Shown here: one piece after another, positions 52,300-64,000 of the stretch
Position numbering within the stretch: the stretch's first letter is position 1
Layout of the letters: each line of letters starts with the position of its first letter
Origin: Octopus vulgaris
Taxonomy: Eukaryota
Reading direction: 5' to 3'
DNA: 64,000 nt
Assembly: GCA_951406725.2 (NCBI GenBank)
Contig: OX597815.1
Location: 156,302,001 to 156,366,000, forward strand
Translations under genes and position numbers: made by a program
Notes under the pieces: generated by a model
Told to the model about the DNA's origin: nothing
Database searches by the model: none
Seen by the model: the letters and a program-made list of their open reading frames with translations, nothing else

Positions 52300-53240
52300 T
52301 GGTGTGTAGTAAGAAGTTTGCTTCCCGATCACGTGGTTTCGGGGTTAGTGTCTCTGCAGGGCAGCTTGGATAACTTGTTTCTACTATAGCCCCGAGCCGG
52401 CCTTATGAGTGGAATCTGGTGTAAGGAAACTGGAAGAAGCCTGTATTGTACATTTGTCTATATTTCTATGGGTTTGTGTGTTTGTGTTTGTCCACCACCA
52501 CAGCTTGACAACCAGTGTTGGTTTGTTTACGTCCTCGTAAATCACCAGTTTCCGATGAAACAAATATCAGGCTTTAAAAAATTAAGTATTGAGATCGACT
52601 CTTTTGGCTAAACCATTTCAAGGCAACGCCCCAGCATGGCCACTGTCAGTGACTGGAACAGATAAAAGGTAATAAGCAAAATGATGCACAGAATATATAT
52701 ATTTAAGATTTATGCTTGTTTGTTTATACACAGTTCTTAAAATTTCTGCAAAATAAATAATTAAAATAACCATATTGGTTTCAAGATTTGGCACCAAGCT
52801 AACAATTTCGCATGAAGGGCTAAGCCAATTAAATCACCGCCAGTGCTCAACTAGTGCTTCCTTTATCTTGAAAGGATGCAAAGCAAAGTCGAGCAAAGCG
52901 GAATGTGAACTCAGAACGTTAAGACGGACACAACGCCGTTAAGTATCACTCCCGGGGTGATAACGATTCAACCAGCCCACCGTCTTATAAGCAGAATTAA
53001 TATTATTCGCTATTACTTTCTTTTTCAAGGTGAACTAGCTGAATCGTTAACACGCCAGACAAAAAGCTTAGTGGCATTTCGCCCGTTACTACGTTCTGAG
53101 TTCAAATACTCTCGGGGTCAACTTTGACTTTCATTCTTTTGGGGGTTGAAAAATACCTACCAGTTGAACACTGAGATCGATGCAATTGACTTAGCTCCTT
53201 CCTCGAAACAGCTGGATTTCTACCAAAATTTAAGACCAAT
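52300..53240. mobile_element. SINE A (52300-52670 +) and head-to-head SINE B copies (52775-52990 -, 53025-53240 +)
   Basis: Homology to the reference copies in this window. Confidence 0.75.
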
Positions 53241-53541
53241 ATTATTAATCTTTTTATTTCACATAAGGGCTACGAATGAAGTGAATATTACTAGTATTTT
53301 ATGTAATGTAGAATATCATGGTTTAGAAGTGCGACTGGCGTTGTAGACTACTACGAGGATAACATAGAACTGTCCTTGGGTTAGTAGTATTTGACATTAA
53401 TCGGGTTACGGTAGGCCTGTTAGAATAAAACTACAAAATAGTTCCTTTTAGTTTGTTTGGTTAACATATTTCTGCTACATATACATATATATACACATAT
53501 ATATATATATACATATACATATACATGTCCATATATATGAA

Positions 53542-53674
<133 letters not shown>

Positions 53675-53804
53675 TATATATACATGCGTATAATAAGGGA
53701 TGTATTACAATTTTTATGAATTTTCAGATTTTTGTACATGATAGGCTACTGGTTTTAAATTGATGTTAATTAAATTAATATTCAATTTATTTCCCTCATT
53801 ATTT

Positions 53805-53854
<50 letters not shown>

Positions 53855-54397
53855 TGCTATACTTGATATCATTCTCGCTGTTTATTTATTCCGATGTTGA
53901 AAGTATCTGTTAACATAATTGTAATTGTGTTGAACGGAGTAGTTCCACTGAGAAATTTGGATATTTGTCAAATTGTATCTTTCCCACCTTAACCCAACAC
54001 AATGATGATAATTGAGGTTAGTAGCATTCTTTTGAATCTATTTCGATAAAGCATTCGCCTCTGTCTTTTATCTTTTCATCATTGCAGATTAGGCCGCGGC
54101 CATAATCGGGCACGGACTTGAAGGCTTTTAGTTCAACAAATCGGCCCCAGTACATTTGTTTTTTTCTGTATTTTATTAAGTTGTTATTTTGTTTTATTTT
54201 AAGTCTGGTACTCTATGTTCTTATTGCCGAACTGCAAAACACTGGGGACACAAACAAACCAACAGCAGTTGTCAAGCGGTTGGTGTAGGTGGTAAGCAGA
54301 GCCAAAAATACACACACAATGTATATGTATATTATATTTATACACGCACACACACGCACACACATATATATACATATACATATACATACACACATAT

Positions 54398-54430
<33 letters not shown>

Positions 54431-54433
54431 TAT

Positions 54434-54552
54434 ATCACCGTGATCAGCGTGACCGACCAGGCTATCAGATGTTGCTACACATCGCTGGTCACAATGCGCT
54501 TTGCATTGTTTTAGCCTTCAAATGACGCCATCCCGCTGGCTAAGCGAGCAGG

Positions 54553-54556
<4 letters not shown>
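54434..54556 (-). mobile_element. Copy 2 of the 120-bp (TA)n-embedded repeat
   Basis: Reverse complement of 31929-32048. Confidence 0.85.
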
Positions 54557-54604
<48 letters not shown>

Positions 54605-55486
54605 CATACATACATACATATATATATGTATGTATGTATACATACATCCATATATATATATATATATATATAAACACACACACGTTTACTCTTTTACTAT
54701 TCTCAGAATGAAAACCGCAGACTTTCTGGAGCGTCAGCGTTAGTTTCGCTACAACTTCATTACTTGGAAAATTTCCTCTGCTATGTGGCATTTAAAAAAA
54801 ATGAGGTACTCAGAAATCTTGATGGTTGTACATTTACAGATTTTTATTAATATGTCACATGTTTTTATTCTCTTGTAGAATCTGGAGATTCTACTAGAGT
54901 AGATGCAAGCGCTAATATATGATGCATAAAAACATGTGACTTTGTAATAAAAATCTGTAGACGTACAACCATCCAGATTTCTGAGTACCTTATTTTTTCT
55001 AATATATAATACCTGTACATCACCTCCAAACCTTCTAAGATATATATATATATATCAAAGAACTGTGTGGAATGCCATAACACACAAACACTCATATATA
55101 CGCTAATGTCTAACAATGAGGACGAGTGCTCAACACCACATTGGTAGATAAATATTCTTTATTTATGGGTTAACGACGCTGCCATTGTTTGCATGTCGAG
55201 ATCAATTATCAAGCCTGCTATATGGAACATAGGCACTCGTATACATCTCGGCATATAACCAGTAGTAGCCTTGTTAATCCTCAAATAAGTATACATACAC
55301 CCAGATATGTGTATGATTATTTGTGGGGGGGGTGTACTTTATTAATAAAGCATATTACTCTACCTCCGGTATTCGGGTACCTTTTTTTCCCACCTTGTTT
55401 CACATTTATGTACTTACTCTGGTATGTATGTATGCTGGTATACCTGAAGGTCAGCAATTGTCTTCTTCGATCGCGAGTGGACGACC

Positions 55487-55745
55487 ATCACCATCATGTA
55501 TTAAGCAGACTATCTTTTGTTGTGAAGCAATGCTTGTAAAATGCGCTTCTAAGCATTATCATAGCCTTTGAAAGATGCCATCCGCTTGGCTATGTAAGTA
55601 GACTAACATCTCACATGAACGAAATGCAATTCTGAGGCAGGGTTACCTATTTGCTGTTCACTGAAGTGAAGCAATGTGCAATGAAGACTCTTGCTAATGC
55701 ACACAACGCACCGCCGCTCTGGGAATCGAAACCGAGCTCCTTCAC
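55487..55745 (-). mobile_element. Old SINE whose 3' part resembles the 120-bp repeat
   Basis: Head ggtttcgattccc...gcgttgtg on the minus strand; tagcctttgaaagatgccatccgcttggcta resembles tagccttcaaatgacgccatcccgctggcta. Confidence 0.55.
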
Positions 55746-55773
55746 AAACGCACACAACACACACACACACACA

Positions 55774-55806
<33 letters not shown>

Positions 55807-56481
55807 GATTTATGCATAAACACGACAAACTGACACAGATTCCGTCAGTCAAAACGCATCGATCGATTCCTCGGCCAGGGCTGTAACAGAAGACACTTGC
55901 TGGAGGTGCTATGACCGAAACCACGTGATTGCGAAGCGAGCTTTCTTAGTACACATGCACTAAACATTTTTTCCATTAGTTTTCTATTCATTATATGTTT
56001 ATCAAGAAATGCTATACTGATGATTCATCTGGTTGTTTATTTGCCCACCAGTTGAATTATGCAAGATATACATCTGAAGGAATTTCTTTATTCCATTATC
56101 ATTTCCTCTTTCTCGTTCCTTTATTTTTTTCCTTCTTGTTTCGGAGTTTTTGTTACGTTTAAAAGATTTCACTCCGTTTTCTCATTTTTACACCTTGTTT
56201 GCTGCAAATTACTGGATTTATTACTTAATATTCCAAATATTCTTTGTCATCTATAGGCATTACTTTCGCTTTCACCTTATATCTCATATTACTCAGACAG
56301 AGCAGCAGAAAATATGCTTACAAGTAAATTGATGTTATTAAACAGACAAGAAAGCAGACGGCAAAAATTATCAGCCAGAATAATTCCCAGAACGTACTGC
56401 TACCTGAATCTTAGTAAAGTAAGACAGATTTGCCTGTTCATTATTCTTTCTTGCTATCAGCCTGTTGTTTCATATATATGT

Positions 56482-56535
<54 letters not shown>

Positions 56536-56562
56536 TAGGTGACGATAACTTGGTTGTCGTGC

Positions 56563-56619
56563 TAAGACTAAGAGTTTCGGATACCGGGGCTGAAGTCTGC
56601 TCCGGCATTTCATCAGTTA
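56563..56619 (-). ncRNA. Type-I hammerhead with intact core
   Basis: Minus strand reads uaa-CUGAUGA-aaugccggagc(agacuuca)gccccgguaucc-GAAA-cu(cuu)ag-UC-uua. Confidence 0.65.
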
Positions 56620-56743
56620 TTAAGACAAAACTCACACACTCTGAATTTTATTATGAAAAGCAACTAATTGTCACATATTATATTTATAGATAAATTCTTC
56701 TATTTTACATAATATCGAGGTCTCATTCATTCGTTTGTTGTTA

Positions 56744-56780
<37 letters not shown>

Positions 56781-56793
56781 ATTATTATCAATA

Positions 56794-56860
<67 letters not shown>

Positions 56861-57050
56861 AAAAGAAACAAAAGACGAAGACAGCTGGTGTAGACAACAA
56901 AAAAAATGTATTAGTTTAAAGCTCGGGAAGTGAAAAAGGCTTTAACGCTTCGAGCCTACGCTCTTCCACAGGAACACAGAAAGAAACAAAGAGAGAAAAT
57001 AAAGAGAAAAAAAATATGTGTGTGTGTGTGTGTGTGTGTTTGTGTGTGTG

Positions 57051-57317
57051 TGCCGAACCGCTCAGTTACAGGGAGGTAAACACACCAGCATCGGTTGTCA
57101 AGCGATGTTGGGGGGACAAACACCGACACACAGACAGAGACATACACACACACACACATATATATATATTATACGACGGTCTTCTTTCAGTTTCCGTCTA
57201 CCAAATCCACTCACAAGGATTTGGTCGGTCCTAGGCTATAGTAGAAGACTACCCCAAGGTGCCACACAGTGGGACTGAACTCGGAATCATGTGGTTGGTA
57301 AGCAAGCTACTTACCAT
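57051..57317 (-). mobile_element. SINE family A (partial)
   Basis: Matches 22791-23110. Confidence 0.88.
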
Positions 57318-57354
57318 GCACCACATATAATCTTACAAATATATATATATATAT

Positions 57355-58046
57355 ATTAGCAGTAATACCCGTCGTTCATCAGATAATTACTTTTACTCTT
57401 TCTCAGGAGTCACATTCAAAGTATTATTATATATATAATAGATTTTTCTCAACGGGGATTTCAGAGGAGAGTTTCAGGGAGTCGCTGGCTGTGTATCGTG
57501 ATGATCAAAAATCCAGCCTGCTAAAGTTTGGTTAAAGTGATTCAAACTGCAATCTCAACGCAAAATGGTCACATTTATTTCAAAGCGTTAAAATTGTTTT
57601 GAAAGCAATTGGTATGTGTTCACAAAGTCCAAACGATTAATACGAAAAAACCCTCCAGGCTACATCCCGAAAATTCATTTCTTTGCCTAATTTCTACAAT
57701 GTTTACGGCGATTCGTTTTTATATCTTGATTTTTCATTTTTCATGCAATTTACGCATGCTTGCACGCGTGGTGAACACAGTTCACGTCAAACAGCTGACT
57801 GAGTAAAGTTCACTATTCAATGCATGGGATAAGGCCTAAACAAACATTATCGATTTTTGCACTTGCGAGATGAATTTCGGAACAGAAATAGCGCAGTTCA
57901 ATTTTCATTCGCCTAAACTTTAAGTGACCCATTTTTAGTGGTTCTACGATTTGTTGGCTAGGAGGAGATGTGCCGGGAAGTTAAACACACAGACACACAC
58001 ACAGATACACACACAGACACACAAGTTGAGTTTTATATATATAGAT
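57355..58046 (+). mobile_element. Possible non-autonomous Helitron/Helentron (Lep1/DINE-like)
   Basis: 5' attagcagtaatacccgtcgtt and 3' (acag/acac)n...ttttatatatatagat resemble termini of that class; recalled pattern only. Confidence 0.45.
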
Positions 58047-58073
58047 GTTTGTGTGTGTATGTATATATATATA

Positions 58074-58141
<68 letters not shown>

Positions 58142-58592
58142 AATGTATATATATTGATGTTTGTGGTTTGAAGAAACGTATCTTAAATCTTTGTATGGAG
58201 AGACTACTCCATGTGTAGGTTGTAATATGCTTTCTACAATCTAGCATATTCCGCGGTGCCGGAGCGTCTGATCTTTTGCAACAACATTCATATTCTGATA
58301 GCAAGGTATACTGAAAACTGACAATATTGTACACATACACATGTACATATTACATGCTTGTGTGTGTGTGTGTGTGTGTATGTGTTTGTGTGTGTATGTG
58401 TGTGTGCGTGCGTGTGTGTATATGTATATATGTGTATATATACACATATATATACTTACATATCTCTATATATCTAATAATACATATACACATACATATA
58501 TGTGCATAACCATATATTTTAATATATTTGTACATATGCATATAAATATACATATGCCTCTACACATAAATATATATTTACATAATATATAT

Positions 58593-58649
<57 letters not shown>

Positions 58650-59117
58650 CGTGTATGTGTATTTATATACTATAGATATACACACATACACACACATTCC
58701 CTCACACACACGCATATCTACATGTATATCACATATTATATAACTTTTATGGAAAACTTCCACATCAATCGCTTTATCTGATCTGAAATTATCAGCTGCA
58801 TTGCCTTCCTTTCGGTTTTCAAACTTCTAACTGCCTCACTCTCTTTGATCCATACTCTTACTTGCTCTCTATCAAACAATATATTATCCAATGTTTGTTT
58901 CTCTGAGATATTTTTCTCAGATTCAAGATGAAGCAACGAGATTGATCGCTAAGTTTACGAAAATAACGTGTCAAATGTCGATCGGCAGGGAAGCAAACAT
59001 TCGTATTTTCTGCAGATTTAACGAGCAAATAATTAGAATTTCCCCCCCTTTTTTTTTTTGCTGTAACGTGTGTGAATTTAATAAGCAGGAATAAATCCGG
59101 CAAAAGCTGAAGGGTAA

Positions 59118-59172
<55 letters not shown>

Positions 59173-59232
59173 CATATATATATATGTGTGTGTGTGTGTG
59201 CATCTATCTATCTATCTATCTATTTATATATC

Positions 59233-59354
59233 TCACCGTGATCACCGTGACCAACCAGACTATCAGATGTTGCTACACATCACTGGTCACAATGCGCTTC
59301 GCATTGTTTTACCCTTCAAAAGACGCCACCCCGCTGGCTAAGCGAGCAGGCCAA
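59233..59354 (-). mobile_element. Copy 3 of the 120-bp (TA)n-embedded repeat
   Basis: Reverse complement of 31929-32048. Confidence 0.85.
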
Positions 59355-59859
59355 TATATATATAATCTGACGTGATGAAGGTGGACTTGATATTATTCAT
59401 GTACAGACAATGTCGGAGCCTGTAACCGGTTGGCCAGTATTCTATCATCTTTGTTGATTCTCCACTTTGAAATGAAATCAAACTATAAACAAAAAATAAG
59501 AAAAAGAATAGTTTTGGAACGCACAATTTGTAGTAATAACAAAGACTATGATTGCCCAAGAAAACAGACAGAAACCATTTCAATGCAGTCGTAGGCAAAA
59601 ACAATGGAATATTACATTATAATAGCGCTGAAAGTATTATAAAAATATTTTAATTAATACGTTGCTAAGAAATTGGGACAAAACGAAATAACTACATAAA
59701 AAAGTAAAAGCTTGGCATAGAAGAAGGATTAAGATAATACATGATGAATAACGTCCCACTGCGTTTAGATCATGTAGTCATTCTGTTAGCTATGATGCAA
59801 TGGAAATAATGGGGCATTAAAAAGAAGGATATATATATGATATAAATAATATATAAATA

Positions 59860-60401
59860 TATGCATATATACATATATGTACATACCTACATATATATAT
59901 GTATATATATACATGCATATATGTGTACAGGACATAAAAAAACGTTGAACAAGATGAGAAACGAAACATAAAAACAAAAACATTGAAAACGATTTTTTTT
60001 CCCCAACAACGAAAAAACAAACAGAGAAACGAGACATGCAACATAAAGAATATTCCCCTTCATCAGTTGTTCCTGTTTCATATAATCCGCGTAACGAAGG
60101 CAAGGACAATACGCTACGTTAAAAGAGTCCTTCCCTCAAAGCAAATTGAAAGTGGTAACAAGAACAGGACAGTAAAAACGAACAGTGAAGGCTGTTAAGC
60201 GAAGACGATAGAAAAATTATTATGAATGCTAGGACGACGGTCTTATGAGAAGAGACAGGTATCAGCACGTGTTGTCTTTAGGAAGGAAATATGCAACATA
60301 TGTATACATAGTGAGAATTTACAAAAAAACAAAGGACAAAAACATGTATAAATATATAGATATATATATGTACATATATATATATATATTTGTGTTTGTA
60401 T

Positions 60402-60480
<79 letters not shown>

Positions 60481-61288
60481 CAAAGCTCGTTTTCTCCAGC
60501 GTTCACTACTTCACATCGTCTTGGTTTAAAAACTCTCACCGTTTGATTTTACTGTTTTGTCCTCACTGTCCTGTTTTCATTACTACTTTCGCCACCCTCT
60601 GCAAAAAATCCCAAATCTTATTTAACTTTCTTTGCGGGAAAGACTGTTTTAACGAAGTTGCGTTTTCTCCTTACCTTCGTATTGCGGAGTAGATAAAACA
60701 GGGGACAACTGATAAAGGGAACGTTCTTTATGTTGGGTGTCTTGTTTCTCTGTTTTATTTTTCGTTGTTCGAAAATAAGTTCGTTTTCTATTTTCTTATG
60801 TTCTCGTGTCTCATTTTGTCAACGTTTTTTGACGCCCTGTACCCATATATCCATGTATATATACATATATGTAGGTATGTACATATATGTATGTATATAT
60901 GCATATATTTATGTATTAATTATATTATTATATGATCGAAAGTCACGCTTCCTTTTTCACCCTCTCCAAAAGATCCCAAATTTTATTTAATTTGCTTTGC
61001 GTGAAGGACTGTTTTAACGAATTCCAGTCTTGTCCTTACCTTCGTAACACGAAGTAGATAAAAGAGAGGACAATTGATGAAGGGAGTGTCCTTTATGTTG
61101 CATGTCTCGTTTCTCTGTTTGATCTTTCGTTGTTCGAAAACAGTTCGTTTTTCTGTTTTTGTATTTTATGTTCGCGTGTCTCAATTTGTCTGGGATTTTT
61201 TATATCCTCTACCCATATATGTATGTATATATACATATATATGTAGGTATGTACATATATGTATATATACATATATTCAGATATTATT

Positions 61289-61290
<2 letters not shown>
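59860..61290. mobile_element. Three copies of a 350-430-bp element: one inverted (59860-60250) and two tandem (60485-60915, 60950-61290)
   Basis: Shared blocks ccttaccttcgt...gacaactgatraagggra...ctttatgttgcatgtctcgtttctctg...catatatgtaggtatgtacatat. Confidence 0.8.
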
Positions 61291-61345
<55 letters not shown>

Positions 61346-61840
61346 TGCTCATTCGTTTTCAGTAAATCCTTGATGACACTTGAATAAGTGTCACTTGATG
61401 TGAAATTGAAAGGTGAATGCGGTAAAACAAATCTTTTACTGATATAAAAATATGTAAGGTACGTATGGAGAAAACATCCCTGTGAGCGTTCGCTTTGACT
61501 ATTTTAATGTTGGTATACGCTCTTTTTCATGTCCCGTTCAAAAAGGAACGATTTTCACGAAATTTTAACTATCTAGTCATGCATATGTGTGTTTCAATCT
61601 TTCTATCTCCCTCTTTTTGCACATGTGTATGTGAGAACGCGAAAGAGATAAAGAGAGGCAGATAGGGAGTGAGTGAGTGAGTGAGTGAGTGAGTGAGTGA
61701 GTGAGTGAGAGAGAGAGGTGGGAAGAGGCGAAGTAGTGGATTCACTAGTGTTGAAAAATATACATCAGCGACCTAGAGTATATTTATCCCCACTTAAACG
61801 TTGATGTTGCATTAGAGCAATCTATGGTGCGGTAGTTACC

Positions 61841-62082
61841 TATTTCTATTTCTTTACTATCTACAAGGGGCTAAACACAGAGAGGACAAACAAGGACAGA
61901 CAAACGGATTAAGTCGATTATATCGACCCCAGTGCGTAACTGGTACTTAATTTATAGACTCCGAAAGGATGAAAGGCAAAGTCGACCTCGGCGGAATTTG
62001 AACTCAGAACGTAACGAAGACGAAATACGGTTACGCATTTCGCCCGGCGTGCTAACATTTCTGCCAGCTCACCGCCTTATTC
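61841..62082 (-). mobile_element. Intact young tRNA-derived SINE, family B, with 13-bp TSD
   Basis: tgcggtagttacc at 61828-61840 and 62083-62095. Minus strand has an A-box-like head, B-box gagttcaaattcc, core gtcgactttgcctttcatcctttcgg and an (agaaat) tail. Confidence 0.95.
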
Positions 62083-62190
62083 TGCGGTAGTTACCGTGAC
62101 CGTAATTCTAATATTGGTTTATGGCGCAAAATCTACTCATGTTTATATCGCTAGGGAGGAGCTAAATCCCCGCTAACCATCAGTTCACGA

Positions 62191-62241
62191 GACCACCAGA
62201 TCAGAAGATTTCGACCTTGTTTGGTCTTGTCAGTGATGGTC
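62191..62241 (-). ncRNA. Type-I hammerhead, all stems intact, with a single G8>A core change
   Basis: Minus strand reads gaccauca-CUGACAA-gacc(aaacaa)gguc-GAAA-uc(uucu)ga-UC-uggugguc. Stem I is 8 bp. Confidence 0.75.
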
Positions 62242-62466
62242 ACTCGACGCCAGAGGTGATTCATCGCCCTACCAGGTATATATAATATTGTTCAAGTGTC
62301 AAGTGGTATTTTGGAATTTCTATGCCTTCTGTTCAATCCAGTTTTGTCACCTCAAGATATATAGACACACATTTTACTTCATGTAGCTGAAAGGTACACA
62401 CCTGTTTTCGCAGATATCCAGATTTTGCTTCATTTGCTGTTTCTTTTCTTTCATATATTATTCTTA

Positions 62467-62500
62467 CACTTTGATAAAGAGTTCGTGCGAAACGTCAGTC
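62467..62500 (+). ncRNA. Decayed minimal hammerhead
   Basis: acu-UUGAUAA-agaguucgugc-GAAAC-GUC-agu. Confidence 0.4.
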
Positions 62501-62771
62501 GACTTTGCCTTCTTTTGTCTTCGTAGGTCATAAGTTATTATGTTAACTTCTTTTGTCTTTACGTTTTCTCAATCACTTTTTGAATTTTTGGCTACCTATT
62601 GTAACCTCTCACGTTATCCAACAGTCAGCCTCGTCTTTCGTTTCATTTATACATAAACACACATACAGACATATGTATATATATACATACACACACACAC
62701 ACAAACACACTTATATCTATATCTATGTATATATACATATATATATATACATATATATGTATATATATATT

Positions 62772-62881
<110 letters not shown>

Positions 62882-62884
62882 AAT

Positions 62885-64000
62885 TAATAATAATAATATT
62901 AGGGAATAAATCCAAACTTACAGGGAAAAATTAGATTTAGAATTAAATCCAATTTTATAGTATGAATATATTATATTATATTAAATTAGAGATAAAACCA
63001 CTATTAGGCAAATCAAACAGTGAAAAACATAAGTCAATACTTAAAATTAATTAAAAAATATAAAAGTTAAAAATTTAAAAAATTATTTAAATAATTTAAA
63101 CTTATAAATTTTAAATATATATATACAAATATATATATATATGTATGTATATTTTATATTTATATTTATATATTATTTAATTTATTAATTTCTTTTAAAA
63201 ATAAATATCAAAAGTATTAAAAGTTTAATAAAAGATAAAGAGTAAAACACTACGATCGTTTCATGGCTGTACCAATTCGAATAACAATAATTTAAATTCA
63301 ATTAATAATTCGAGTTATGGTTACAGTCGATCTTCAGGTTAATTGAAATATTTTAAAAATAATCAGAAATATTTAAACAATATTTTTAAGGTATAAATAA
63401 TATAATAATATTACTAATAATAAACTCTATTATCAAACGAGAAACTTAAAACTTAACAATTATGATTATATCAAAATCGATTATAATGTTAAATATTAAT
63501 TTTAATTTTTAAGGTAAGAAACCCACCAATAATCTAATATCGGTAATAGTCTATATCTAATTACATAAATATATTTTAAAACATTACTATTATATATAAA
63601 TTATCAATGAAAATATATAAATGTATATAAATATCATAATTAAGATCTAAAATAATCTCTATAAATAAATATATATGCACATATGATAAAGACCTAATAA
63701 ATTAATTTTTCATATTTAAAGATGAAATAGCTAATTTCAAAAATACAAACAAACAAACTTAAGCGAACTTTCGGAAATCTTTTTTAAAATACTTATAGAA
63801 ATAATCAATTCGTAGTTATATAGTATCGAATAAATACTATAAATACTATAAATATATTTATCAATGGGAATAAACTAGCGAATATCAATTTAAAAAGACA
63901 ATAACTAAGATATGCTATTAAGTTAGACATGGCCTGGACCAATCTTTGGTCGAAACATATCTAAGTTTATCTAAGTTTATCTAATTTTAATTATAAGAAA
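62885..64000. mobile_element. Very AT-rich Penelope-pLTR-like repeat block
   Basis: 62980-63095 is the reverse complement homologue of 32545-32660; it contains an HHR at 63248-63340 and a 56-bp identity to 5641-5696. Confidence 0.5.
63248..63340 (-). ncRNA. Long-stem-II hammerhead with intact core
   Basis: Minus strand reads ac-CUGAAGA-ucgacuguaacca...(68 nt)...ugguacagccau-GAAAC-gauc-GUA-gu. Stem III is palindromic (ACGAUCGU). Confidence 0.65.

Noticed and set aside
58736-59103. Non-repetitive minus-strand ORFs between (TA)n tracts
   Set aside because: May be a decayed transposon ORF, but I recognise no motif.

Overview
This is AT-rich, microsatellite-saturated eukaryotic DNA with no protein-coding gene I can support. 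Almost all listed ORFs are translations of (TA)n/(CA)n/(TATG)n/(TAGA)n/(GAA)n tracts. The repeat families resemble those I recall from octopus (coleoid cephalopod) genomes; this assignment is an inference and was not searched. The window contains three tRNA-derived SINE families (about 35 copies or fragments, several with clear target-site duplications), three Tc1/mariner relics (one a foldback made of two 5' ends), a hAT-type MITE, R4/Dong-like and CR1/L2-like LINE relics, and a possible non-autonomous Helitron. The main hidden signal is about 15 type-I hammerhead ribozyme (HHR) motifs (CUGANGA...GAAA...NUH with stems I-III), read by eye on both strands. They come from many unrelated sequence families, mostly sit beside (TA)n tracts, and often have palindromic stem III. 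Five have unusually long (56-97 nt) stem II. One lies in a 365-bp partial tandem unit joined to a near-perfect palindrome with 178-bp arms (4256-4941), the architecture of Penelope pseudo-LTRs and retrozymes. A CR1/L2-like LINE 3' end appears to share a covarying 3' hairpin with the dominant SINE. All folds and alignments were done by eye; no folding program or database search was run.
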